From an uncultured delta proteobacterium (GTDB lineage: Bacteria; Desulfobacterota; Desulfobacteria; Desulfobacterales; Desulfatirhabdiaceae), in contig CAWBKP010000024.1 in NCBI GenBank assembly GCA_963789395.1, positions 288,001 to 352,000 of the forward strand: a stretch of 64,000 bases of DNA, given 5' to 3'. Positions 31,846 through 42,888 of the stretch are shown here, one piece after another. The stretch's first letter is position 1. Each line of letters begins with the position of its first letter. Position numbers and translations under genes: made by a program. The notes beneath the pieces were generated by a model. It did not search any database and was not told the DNA's origin. It saw only the letters and a program-made list of their open reading frames with translations.

Positions 31846-33426
31846 ATGAATCAGACTGACATCGATAATATCTTCTCCGGATGCCGGTCATTTCTGGATG
31901 CCGAAACCTGGCATCGAGACTGATTTCCGGGTATCGCGCCGATGAAAATCCGCAATTTTTGTTTGACAGGATTCTGTCCCACTGCAGTCGCAGTCGATGC
32001 TCCCGGATTTCTTTGCGATCTTGCTCGCCTGGAGTGGCACATCCTGAAAATCAAGGAACAGGAAATCGCCATTCCGCGTCATCTGAATGAGATGATCCTC
32101 AACCCTTCGCTGGAACTGCTCGAGTTTGGCTGGAAAAAGCTGACGGATTGTCTGAGCCCGGCTTGTCCGGGTGTTCCGGAGCCGGGGAATGAATTCGTCA
32201 TGGTATGGAAGCACCCCAAAGAAGGTGAGGTTCGTGCACTGGCCGCCTCTGCCGAGGATCTTCTGGTGCTTAAAATGATCGTTGAAAAAATTGATCGCAA
32301 GGAGGTTGCGCGTATCGGTGATTTGCCGGTTGCTGCCGTGGATGCGGCCATGGAACGTGCCGTTGAAAAAGGGATTCTCTTTGCTCCGCGGTCATCCATT
32401 CGGCGGGAGTTTCCCGCCATTGAATCGGCTGCTTGTGACAACGGGATGTATCTGTCATCCCCGGCGTTTACGCTGCAATGGCACGTCACGCAGGCATGCG
32501 ATCTGCATTGCAGGCATTGCTACGATCGTAGCGACCGATCCGCTCTCACGCTTGATGAGGCGCTAAGAATTCTCGATGATCTGGACGGTTTCTGCCGAAA
32601 TAAGCATGTAACGGGGCAGATTTCCTTTACCGGTGGCAATCCGCTGCTGCATCCAGATTTTTCCGCCATATATCATGCCGCAGCAAACCTTGGCTTTACG
32701 ATGGCGATTCTTGGCAATCCTGCGCCGCGAAAACAGCTTGCGGAATTGATTTCCATTCAGATGCCCAGTTTTTTTCAAGTGAGCCTTGAGGGCTTGCCTG
32801 AATACAATGATTATATCCGGGGAAACGGCCATTTTGAAAGGGTGATGGGTTTTCTGGATCTGCTCCGTAATCTTGGTGTTTATTCCATGGTGATGCTTAC
32901 CCTGAACAAGGATAATCTCGATCAGGTCATTCCTCTGGGTGAAAGGTTGCGGGGCAGGGCGGATGTCTTCTATTTCAATCGCCTGGCGCTGGTGGGTGAG
33001 GGGGCGGCTCTGGAGCTTCCGTCAAGAAAAGACTATATCGCTTTTCTTGAAAATTACCTTGCGGCCTCGAATGAGAACCCGGTTCTTGGCCTGAAAGACA
33101 ACCTTTTCAATGTTCACATGCACCATAAAGGCATGGAGCCCTTCGGGGGGTGTACCGGTTTCGGGTGCGGGGCAGCCTTCAATTTTATATCCGTTCTTCC
33201 GGACGGAGAGGTTCACGCCTGCAGGAAATTTCCATCACCCATCGGCAGCCTGCTGTCGCAAAGCATTGAAGAAATATATGACTCGAACATTGCTCGCCGG
33301 TACCGATCCGGATGCGCGGAATGCCGGCAATGCTCACTGCATCCGGTATGCGGGGGGTGTCTGGCTTGCGCTTACAGCCATGGGCTCAACATTTTTGAAC
33401 AAAAAGACCCATTCTGTTTTTTGTAA
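31846..33426 (+). CDS. sbtM: Radical SAM/SPASM peptide maturase (SbtM/selenobiotic family); N-terminus frameshifted
   Basis: TLQWHVTQACDLHCRHCY (CxxxCxxC), TGGNPLL, GGCTGFGCGAAFNF, SPASM CRQC...CGGCLAC; probable ATG at 31846 (MNQTDIDNIFSGCRSFLDAETW). Confidence 0.85.
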
Positions 33427-33499
33427 GATAACACGCTTAAAGGCTTCGCAACCATTCACGATCAGACTGATCACATCCGTATAGAAATACACAAGCACA

Positions 33500-33607
33500 G
33501 TCATTCCGGGCTTTACCCGGAATCCAGAGCGAAGGATTGTAAAGCTTTCTGCGAGAGTTACGCCTATGGCACAGCGGCTTCTGGATTCCGGCATTTGCCG
33601 GAATGAC
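33500..33607. repeat. Palindromic intergenic element related to the one at 6103-6173
   Basis: GTCATTCCGGGCTTTACCCGGAATCCAG ... CTGGATTCCGGCATTTGCCGGAATGAC. Confidence 0.75.
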
Positions 33608-33637
33608 GTGAAAGGGTATTACGGCTTTTGAATTCTA

Positions 33638-34093
33638 TTAATCCAGAAACTTGCGGGAATTCAAATGCAGACCTTTGCCGGGCAGTGTCATCAGGGTTGA
33701 CGTGCCGTGGGCAATCAATTCCCGCTTTTCGTTCAGTACGCTGGTTTCGGCATAGCTGATTGACTTTCCCGAACGAATGGTGCGCCCCTCTGCGATCAAT
33801 CGACCGTTTTCGACAGGTTTGAGGTAATTCAGTTTCAGGTCGATGTTCACCAGGCCCGCGCCCTCCGGAAGCCTCATGTAAACCGACCAGAATGTCGCCG
33901 TGTCGATCACGGTGGCTATCACGCCCCCGTGTACAATGCCGTACGGCTGAAGATGGCAACGGCCGGTTTTCAGTTCAATGATCGCCTTGTCCAGTGCGAT
34001 GCGTACCAGTCGCATCGACATGTGCTCCGGATAAGGGCTGGTGTTGACGATTTCAATCAATTCGCGAATATATTCCGGGTTTGGATTCAGCAA
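33638..34093 (-). CDS. PaaI-family thioesterase
   Basis: QPYGIVHGGVIATVID, LKLNYLKP. Confidence 0.9.
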   Translation of the reverse strand: MLNPNPEYIRELIEIVNTSPYPEHMSMRLVRIALDKAIIELKTGRCHLQPYGIVHGGVIATVIDTATFWSVYMRLPEGAGLVNIDLKLNYLKPVENGRLIAEGRTIRSGKSISYAETSVLNEKRELIAHGTSTLMTLPGKGLHLNSRKFLD

Positions 34094-34104
34094 CGAGAGC
34101 TCCT

Positions 34105-35253
34105 TTATCTCTTTCGTACGATCAGGCTGCCTATGGAATAACCGGCTCCAAAAGAGCAGATCACGCCGATATCACCGCTCAATAGGTCCTGGTTGTGCAG
34201 GTGAAAGGCGATGATCGAACCTGCGGAAGCCGTGTTGGCGTACCGGTCCAGGACTACGGGTGCCAGATCCATGCCGGCTTCCTTTCCAAACAGCCTGTTT
34301 GAGATCAGGGTATTCATGTTGATATTGGCCTGGTGCAGCCAGAATCGTCTGATTTCCGGGACTGTCAGTCCCAGGCTTTCTATATGTGTCCGGAGGTGCT
34401 GTTCCGCCATGGGACAGACATCCTTGTAAACTTTTCGTCCGTTTTGATGGAAAAGCTTGTCCGCACCGAAGGGATCCACATCGTTGGCGCGGCTGAGGAT
34501 CCCGAAATTGGACCTGACGTTGCTGGAAAACTGGGTCATGGCCTTTGTGCTGAGGATATCGTAGCTGTGAAGCGACGTTACGGTGTCGGCCCGCTCCACA
34601 ATGGTGGCGGTGGCGACATCGCCAAAGATAAAATGGCTGTCACGATTGCAATAGTCAACCTGGGAGGTTATCAACTCCGGGTTGATCAGCAGGACGCAGC
34701 GTGCCGTACCGGCCGCCACCATCTCGTAACCCCTTTGCAGGGCGAATGTGGCTGCCGAACAGGCCACCAGCATGTCAAAGCCAAATCCCTTTATGCCCAG
34801 TTCGTTCTGCACTTCGATGGCAATGGCGGGGTAGGCGCGCTGGGTGTACGCGCAGGAGACGATCACGGCATCAATGTCATCAGCGGTTTTGTTGGCGGCT
34901 TTCATGGCGTCCCTGGCGGCATAAACGGCGATCTCCGCCTGGTTGGAAAGTGCATCTTCAGGCCGTTCGGGGATGGCGGGATGCATCCGCTCTATGTCCA
35001 GAATGCCCTCCTTGACGTAAGCATAACGCTGCTTGATGCCGGATGCCTTGACGATAAATTCAACTGATGATTTATGCTTGGGCTCGAGATCACCGGCCTG
35101 AATGGCTGCTTCATGTTCCGTATTGTACTTGTCGGTCCAGGCATTGTAAGAGGCCACAAGCTCCTCGTTAGTGATGATATGTTCCGGGGTCCAAAGGCCC
35201 GTGCCGCTGATAACGACTCTGGCTGGTATTTCTACTGTCATGGAAGTCCTCAT
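34105..35253 (-). CDS. Beta-ketoacyl-ACP synthase III (FabH-like)
   Basis: VACSAATF (Cys), LHQAN (His), ANTASAG (Asn), FGAGY. Confidence 0.9.
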   Translation of the reverse strand: MRTSMTVEIPARVVISGTGLWTPEHIITNEELVASYNAWTDKYNTEHEAAIQAGDLEPKHKSSVEFIVKASGIKQRYAYVKEGILDIERMHPAIPERPEDALSNQAEIAVYAARDAMKAANKTADDIDAVIVSCAYTQRAYPAIAIEVQNELGIKGFGFDMLVACSAATFALQRGYEMVAAGTARCVLLINPELITSQVDYCNRDSHFIFGDVATATIVERADTVTSLHSYDILSTKAMTQFSSNVRSNFGILSRANDVDPFGADKLFHQNGRKVYKDVCPMAEQHLRTHIESLGLTVPEIRRFWLHQANINMNTLISNRLFGKEAGMDLAPVVLDRYANTASAGSIIAFHLHNQDLLSGDIGVICSFGAGYSIGSLIVRKR

Positions 35254-35750
35254 TCTTGTGATAAACGCATTACATCATGGCCGCAAATCCGCTGAAGCGC
35301 CGTATGATTAACGATCATGAGTTTTCATGGATTCTTGTTTAAATGGGTTGCGAAGGAAATGCAAAAAGTACGAATTGAAATATATGAGGGAAAATATCCG
35401 ATTTCGATGCCCCTGCGTTTGATATGAACAACCCTTTTATCTAATTTATCAGTTTAGCAGATGAAGATCAATGCAGAAAATGGGCTTCATTTTCATAACG
35501 AGTTCATAAAGAATTAACTATATGATATAATGGAATGATATTTGAATTAATATGGATCGAAAGCTTCACGTTCACGATGAAACATGTTATTGATAGTTCT
35601 GATGAATCATGTCATTCTCGTTCGTGATAAGGAACAACCCAAGAAACCGAACAATACGATAACTCCTCCGGCATGGGCATCTTGTTGGGGATAAAGTGGG
35701 AAGTTGAAAATAATAACAAAAATGACGGCTCCGTGACATGAGGTAATGAA

Positions 35751-35975
35751 TTGTTTGTGAATCGATGCTTTTGGTGGCCGGTTATTTGTGCGACGCTATT
35801 AATTCAAGGCTGCACGTATCGGGCGTGGTACGAAGGATTTCAGGAAAAACAACGTCAGGATTGTTATCGGAACCACAGCCAGGATCAGGTTCAGAACTGT
35901 CTGGATGCAGTAAATGACAGAACGTATGATCAGTATAAGAAAGAGCGGGAAGATATGATCAAAAAGGCTCCATAG
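35751..35975 (+). CDS. Small hypothetical lipoprotein
   Basis: GAGG RBS, lipobox IQGC, paired Cys, YDQYKKER tail. Confidence 0.6.
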   Translation: MFVNRCFWWPVICATLLIQGCTYRAWYEGFQEKQRQDCYRNHSQDQVQNCLDAVNDRTYDQYKKEREDMIKKAP

Positions 35976-36005
35976 CTGCCGGTAATACCGGGAAGGAAAA
36001 CCGTT

Positions 36006-36374
36006 ATGAAATTTACTTTTGCACACAATAACTTCAACGTGTTGAACCTGGAAAAAAGCCTTGGTTTCTATAAAAAGGCGCTGCAACTGACTGAGGTCAG
36101 AAGGCGGGAAGCAGCGGACGGCAGCTTCATTCTGGTATTTCTCGGCGACGGCCAGATGCCGCACCAGCTCGAATTAACCTGGCTCAGGGACCGGCAGGAA
36201 GCTTACAACCTCGGTGACAACGAATTCCATCTTGCCTTTACGGTGGACGACTTTGCGGGCGCCCATGCGCTGCATGAACAGATGGGTTGTATCTGTTATG
36301 AAAACAAAGCTATGGGAATCTATTTCATCAATGATCCTGATAATTACTGGATCGAAATTGTCCCCAAAAGATGA
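36006..36374 (+). CDS. VOC/glyoxalase I (lactoylglutathione lyase)-family protein
   Basis: H..FNV.NLEKS..FY, LELTW, YNLG..EFHLAF, DPDNYWIE. Confidence 0.88.
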   Translation: MKFTFAHNNFNVLNLEKSLGFYKKALQLTEVRRREAADGSFILVFLGDGQMPHQLELTWLRDRQEAYNLGDNEFHLAFTVDDFAGAHALHEQMGCICYENKAMGIYFINDPDNYWIEIVPKR

Positions 36375-36386
36375 TGCGGGTGGCTG

Positions 36387-37633
36387 ATGACATACCAGCG
36401 GTTCCCATTCATTTCAGCCGGGAATGAACACTGTTTGACCCGGCGCCGGTTTCTGGCATTGGGCGCCAGATTCGCCCTGATGGCCGGCAGCTGCCAGTCT
36501 GTTTCCTTGTGCATTGCCGGTATCAGCCGGATCGCAGGACCTGCCGGATGCCCGGTACTGGGCAGGATCAATCGGTGAAAAGGCCGACTGCCTGGTCTGT
36601 CATACCGACAATGAGCAGACAGGAAAGCTTCCGGCTCAAAAAGACTACCATCGGAAACAGCCGATCGTCAAATGCCTGCTGTGCGCTCAGGAGTGTGTGC
36701 TGAAAGACGGGGAGCGGGGCCGGTGCCGGGCAAGAATCAATCATGACGGCGTCTTGAAAAGCCTGGTCTATGGCCGTCCCGCAGCCATTCATGTCGACCC
36801 CGTTGAAAAAAAGCCGTTTTATCATTTTCTGCCCGGTTCAAACGCTTTTTCCCTGGGAACAGCCGGATGCCCGCTTAGCTGCCGGTTCTGTCAGAACTGG
36901 GAAATATCCCAGGCCAGACCTGAAGATATCCATACTTCGGTTTATTCTGCCGAAGAAATCGTTTCCTGCTGCCGCCCAAAGACACAGCCCCGTCATCGCG
37001 TTCACCTACAACGAACCCACGGTGTTTATCGAGTACCTTACGGACATTGCCCGGCAGGGCCGAAAGCAGCGGATGAAAAGTGTGCTGGTTAGTTGCGGGT
37101 TCATGAATTTGCGGCCCCTGGATGAGATGTGCGAGGTTCTGGATGCGATCAAGATCGATCTGAAGGGATTCAGTCCGGATTTTTATCGCGATGTCTGCGG
37201 TGCGGAACTGGACCCGGTGCTGCGCAGCATCAAGCAGATATCCAGAAAAGGCGTGCATCTTGAGATCGTCAACCTGGTTGTTCCCACGCTAAACGATTCC
37301 CCTGCCATGATGACCCGCCTGATCGAGTGGGTGGCCGGTGAAATCGGCCCGGATGTCCCATTGCATTTCACCCGGTTTCATCCGGCTTACCAGATGCTGC
37401 AATTGCCCCCGACCCCGGTTTCAACCCTTGAAACAGCCTATGAAACCGCCAAGTCAAAAGGACTTCATTATCCCTACGTGGGCAATGTACCGTCGCACCC
37501 GGGAAACCACACGTATTGTCCGTCATGCGGCAAAACGGTCGTGGAACGGACTGGTTTTTTTGTTCTGTCGAACCGGATCACAAACGGCAAATGCCCGTTC
37601 TGCGGGCGGGCCATCGCCGGCGTGTGGTCCTGA
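36387..37633 (+). CDS. AmmeMemoRadiSam system radical SAM enzyme (frameshifts near 36512 and 36965)
   Basis: VDPVEKKPFYHFLPG, GCPLSCRFCQNWEISQ, FTYNEP, KIDLKGF, HFTRFHP, YVGNV. Confidence 0.88.
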
Positions 37634-37652
37634 AACCAGGAGGAGGTACACT

Positions 37653-39160
37653 ATGAAATGGTTTCGATGGATCTTCGTCCTGCTGGCGTTCTGCGGGGTG
37701 CAATCCGCAGATTGCGACGATGTGCGTTATGCAGTTATGGCCGGCAAGTTCTATCCGGATGAACCCGGCCGGCTTTCCACTGTTATCGATTACATGATGC
37801 AGGATGCGCTGGCGCCCGAACTGGAAAAACCGGTAGTGCTGGTGGTACCCCATGCAGGGTACGTTTATTCCGGCCAGATCTGTGCGGATGCATTCAGGCT
37901 GGCTTCCCGATATTCATATGACAGGATCATAATTCTGGGGACCAATCACACGGCTTCGGATTTTCAAGGCGTCTCTATCTTTGATACCGGTGAATTCGAG
38001 ACCCCGCTGGGCCGGATTCCGGTCGATGAAGAGATGGCAAAAAAAATTATTGCAACCGGCAAACCCGTTACGGCCGACCGAAGGGTCCATCTTCGGAGCA
38101 TTCGATCGAAGTGATTCTGCCATTCATCCAGAAGGTTTTTCCAAAAGCAAAAATTGTTCCCATAATTGTCGGTGAACCAAATTTGGAGATGTGCCAAAGG
38201 TTCGGCGGCATTCTTGCCGAAGCGTTGCGGGAGAAAAACGCGCTTATCATCGCCAGTTCGGATTTGTCTCATTACCCGGGCTACAGCGATGCTAACGAAG
38301 TGGACCGCGGTACCCTGAACGCCGTATTGAGGCTTGATCCGGGCGTGCTTCTGACCGAAGTCCGGCGTCAGGAGGGCCTGCACGTCCGGAATTTGGCGAC
38401 CACTGCCTGCGGGCTTGCGCCGATCCTGACCGCAATGGCCGCGGCCCGGTCCCTTGGCGCGGACTGCGGCCGGGTCATCAGTTATGCCAATTCCGGCGAT
38501 ACCACGCTTGGCGACCGTTCCAGGGTGGTCGGCTATGCCGCCGTATCGTTTTGCAAGGCATCTCTGCCCTGTAGTGAATCTTTGAAAGCCCGGACTCCTG
38601 ATCAGGGGGCCATGCCGCCGACTCTGACCGGAGAGCAGAAACAGGTGCTGCTTTTTTTTGCCCGGAATACTCTGAAGCAGTATCTGGAAACCGAGACCAC
38701 ACCGCTCTTCAGGCGGGAAGACCCTGCTTTCCAGGAAAATCAGGGGGCGTTCGTCACCCTGAAAAAACACGGCGAACTGCGCGGATGTATCGGCAACATG
38801 ACACAGGACTTGCCTTTGTACCAGGTCGTCGGCCGAATGGCCCTGTCAGCGGCGCTTCAAGACTCCAGATTCCCCCAACTTTCCCTGGCCGAGCTGAAAG
38901 ATGTAAAGATTGAGATCTCTGCTTTATCGCCCTATCAACGGGTTGCGTCCGTTGACAAGATCCGGGTCGGACAGGACGGGGTCTTGCTGAAACGCTCCGG
39001 CCGCTCAGCGGTTTTTCTGCCGCAGGTGGCGCCGGAGCAGGGCTGGACCCGGAATGAAATGCTGGACAACCTGTGCCGCAAGGCCGGGCTTGCATCGGAT
39101 TGCTGGAAGCAGGACGCCGAGTTTTATACTTTCCAGGCAGTCATATTCAGTGAACCCTGA
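37653..39160 (+). CDS. AmmeMemoRadiSam protein B (MEMO1-like) fused to protein A (AMMECR1-like); frameshift near 38095
   Basis: AGKFYP, PHAGYVYSG, GTNH, SSDLSHY; then GAFVTL..GELRGCIG, DSRF, FLPQVAPEQGW, LCRKAG. Confidence 0.88.
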
Positions 39161-41406
39161 CCCTTCCGGCCCGGCCGGTTTAAGTACCGGCTTACCCACC
39201 GGCGGGGATTCATCCGGGATCTCAGCGCTGGATCCGGTATTGTTCGGCATCGGATGTGTATCGGTTCTTGGTCAGGTGATTCTTTTCCGGGAATGGATGG
39301 TTGCCGGTTACGGAGTTGAGCTTATCTGCGTTCTGGCCCTGGGCGCCTGGATGCTCCTGAACGCAGCAGGCGTTTTCCTTGCGGCGGCGGGGCGCGGACC
39401 GGGTCTGTCTGCCGCGCTGTTCCTGGCGGGTTTTGGGGTCATGGCCGATTTGGTTTTCATCCGGTCGCTGCGGAATCTGGCCGGACTTCCGCCGGGAACC
39501 TATCTTCCGCTGTCCGTTTTTGTTCCGGCTGTCGTTTTGTCCCTGCTGCCACTTTGCATGTTTCTGGGAGCTGCTTTTCAGCGGGCCGCCGATCTTGGAT
39601 CGCGGCACGGCCGTACCCTTGCCCGCGCATATGCCGTGGAATGTTCGGGCAGCTTATTCGGAGGGCTGTTATCCGCCCTGATGCTGTATGGGGGCATTCA
39701 GAACATGCTCCAGGCCATTGTCTGTGCTGCCATTACGATCGCTACTGCAATCCTGGCCATCGGAGCAAGTCTCGGAAAGCGGCAGAAACCCGGGCAGGCT
39801 TTTCTTGAAATTGCTTTTTGCTGGCATATTCCTGATCACCCTGACTGCAGGCTCCGATAGGCTGGACCCGGCCATGACCCGGTGGAACCACCCTTTGCTT
39901 GTGGAAAGCCTGGATTCAGGATATGGCCGGCTCACGGTGACCCGGAGCCAGGGGCAGACGGTGCTGTATCAAAATGACGTCCTGATTGCCGACAGCCAAT
40001 CCGTCAGTGCCGAGGAACTGGTTCATATGGCCTGCCTTCAGCATCCGGACCCCCGGCAGGTGCTGATCCTGGAAGGATCGGCCGAAGGGCTTGCCATGGA
40101 GGCGGCCCGGCATCGGCCGGATCAAATCGATCAGGTTGATATCGATCCGGCCCTGATACGGTTGACTCGAAAATACATGACAGCGGATTTACCGGAGTCT
40201 GTTTCTAACGTCAAAATACTTACCCATACTCAGGACCCGCGCCAGTACCTGCGACAGGATAAGACCTACGATGTGATTATTTCCGGCTGCTCCGAACCAT
40301 CGACAGCTCTTGCGAACCGGTTTTTTACCCGGACGTTTTTCAAATGGTGCAAGGCGCGACTGGCGCCCGGTGGCATTCTGGGATTCGGGCTGAATTCATC
40401 GGAGAATTTCTGGTCTCCGGCATTGTCATATCGGAATGCTTCCGTCATTGCTGCGCTTTACACCGAGTTCCGGCATGTCCTGGTGCTTCCGGGAAGCGTC
40501 AACGTGGTGCTGGCGTCTCAGTTTCCCCTTGTGTTCGATCCGGATATCCTGATCGCGCGATACCGGGACCGGGATCTGAAAACGCGGCTGGTGACGCCGC
40601 CTTACCTGGAGTATGTCCTGTCCAATGATCGGCTGGCCGAGATCGGCCGAATCCTTGCGATCCAGTCTGCCCCGCCGAACACGGACGATCGGCCGGTCTG
40701 CTATCCGCTGACAGCCTGGATATGGATTTCTAGACTGGTGCCGTCTCTGGCTCATCAGAACGTGTCCGACTGGATTCAGGCATCGCTTCGGTATGGGTGG
40801 ATTGCAGCGGCTTTAGTCATTCTTGCCTGTGGTATCGGGATGAACCGTCTGGCGGCAAGGGGCGGTTCTCTGGCTTATGCGGCAGCGGCTTTTGCCGGCT
40901 TTGGCGGGATGGTGCTGGAGAGCGCCATAATGCTCCAATACCAGACGCAGAGCGGCGCCCTGTATCAAAATATGGGGATTCTTTTTATGGCGTTCATGCT
41001 TGGCATGAGTGCGGGTGCAGCTGCCACGCTGAATTTGATGGACCGTTTCAGGGGCCGATCCGTTTCACGTTTCGCGGAGGCGCTACTGTTTTTGCTTCCG
41101 GCAGGTGTATGTCTGGGTTGGACCGGGATGCAATTTTATTGCGATGCGCCAGGGCTGTTTCCGATGGCCGTGTTGCTGGCAGTCGCAGGCTTCGGCGTAT
41201 CGGCCATATTCACCCGATACGCGAAAGAGTCCGGTCATTCGAGGCCTCTTTATGCGGCCGATGTTGCCGGCGGAGGTATCGGCGCTCTTGTCTGCGGATT
41301 ATTGCTTTTTCCGCTGCTGGGCTTAACCCGGTCTGTCTATCTGCTGGCCGGAATGTCCGTTGCGGCCGGCATCGGGGTTGCGCTGTCGACTCGTCATAGT
41401 TCTTGA
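39150..41406 (+). CDS. Membrane protein with spermidine-synthase-like domain (frameshift near 39790)
   Basis: Multi-TM N-terminus (QVILFRE, AYAVECSGSLFGG), central EELVH...VDIDP...DPRQYL...PNTDDRP, C-terminal TM block (LYAADVAGG). Confidence 0.75.
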
Positions 41407-41574
41407 CAGGTTGCTGCTTATTGCTTACACACAGTGAATTTCCTGACTGGATAAGAGAAGCCCGCCGGGACGCTAACGGCCATAGACACAAGCATCATTC
41501 TGGAGGTCCTGATCCCGAGAGCGCTTACAGGTCCATTATGGGTTAATCTTTGGAGAGGCACGCCTCGTTTAAAT

Positions 41575-42884
41575 ATGGAAACCGATCACAAGAACGACAA
41601 TCGGAATCGATCCGGATCCAGGACCGTAGCCGCAGCCCTGGGCGTTCTGGACAGCCCTCAAAGCACGAGCCGCTGGACGCGTCTGCTGCCTTTTCTGGGT
41701 CCGGCGTTTATTGCCAGCGTCGCTTATATCGATCCGGGAAATTTTGCAACGAACATCGCCGCCGGCGCGCAATTCGGGTACATGCTGCTCTGGGTGATTG
41801 TGGCCAGCAACCTCATGGCCATGCTCATCCAGACCCTTTCCGCCAAGCTGGGCATTGCAACGGGCATGAATCTGGCCGAGCACTGCCGGCAGATGTTTCC
41901 CAAGCCGGTGGTAATCGGGATGTGGGTGTTGATGGAACTGGTGGCGATGGCCACGGACCTTGCCGAATTTCTGGGCGCGGCCCTGGGATTCAATCTCCTG
42001 CTGGGGGTGCCGCTTTTTGCGGGAGCGCTTCTGACGGCGCTTGCGACATTTTTGATTCTGGGTCTCGAGCGATTCGGTTTCCGGCCGCTTGAAGCCGTGA
42101 TATCCGCCATGGTCGGCGTGGTAACGCTGTGTTATGTGGTGGAGACCCTTATCGTCAAACCGGATTGGGGCAATGTTCTGTACTTTGCCGTTGTCCCGCA
42201 TTTTAACGGGGCTGAAAGCGTTGTTCTGGCATCCGGCATTTTGGGCGCCACGGTCATGCCCCATGCTATTTTCCTGCATTCCGCGCTGACTCAGGGGCGC
42301 ATCGTGGTCAAGGACAGCGGTCAGTTAAAGCGCCTGTATCGATTATGAGATCGTGGATGTGGTGATCGCTCTGGGCGGCGCAAGCTTTGTCAATGCCGCC
42401 ATGCTGATCATGGCGGCGGCCACGTTTCATAAGACAGGGCTGACCCACATCGCCACCATCGAAGAAGCCTATCGAACCCTGGAGCCGCTGCTGGGAAAGG
42501 CGCCAGGCTGGTTTTTCGGCCTCTCGCTCCTGGTGGCCGGGCTGTCGTCGTCAACCGTGGGAACCAGCGCCGGTCAGGTCATCATGCAGGGATTTCTTGA
42601 AGCGGCATATTCCGGTCTGGGTTCGGCGACTGGTGACCATGGCCCCTTCGCTGATCGTTATCGGGATGGGCCTGGATCCCACCCACACATTGGTCATGAG
42701 CCAGGTGGTGCTCAGTTTCGGACTTCCGTTTGCCGTCATCCCGCTGGTGATGTTTACCAGCAGCAGGGATATCATGGGGGATCTGGTGAATCAGCCCCAG
42801 ACGACATTTTTCGCTGGTCTGGTTGCGGCCATCATTGTCGCATTGAATTGTTATCTTCTTTTTCAAATATTCACGGCAGGGTAA
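41575..42884 (+). CDS. mntH: Nramp divalent metal transporter (frameshifts near 42345 and 42597)
   Basis: [51 protein letters not shown]. Confidence 0.92.
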
Positions 42885-42888
42885 TGTC

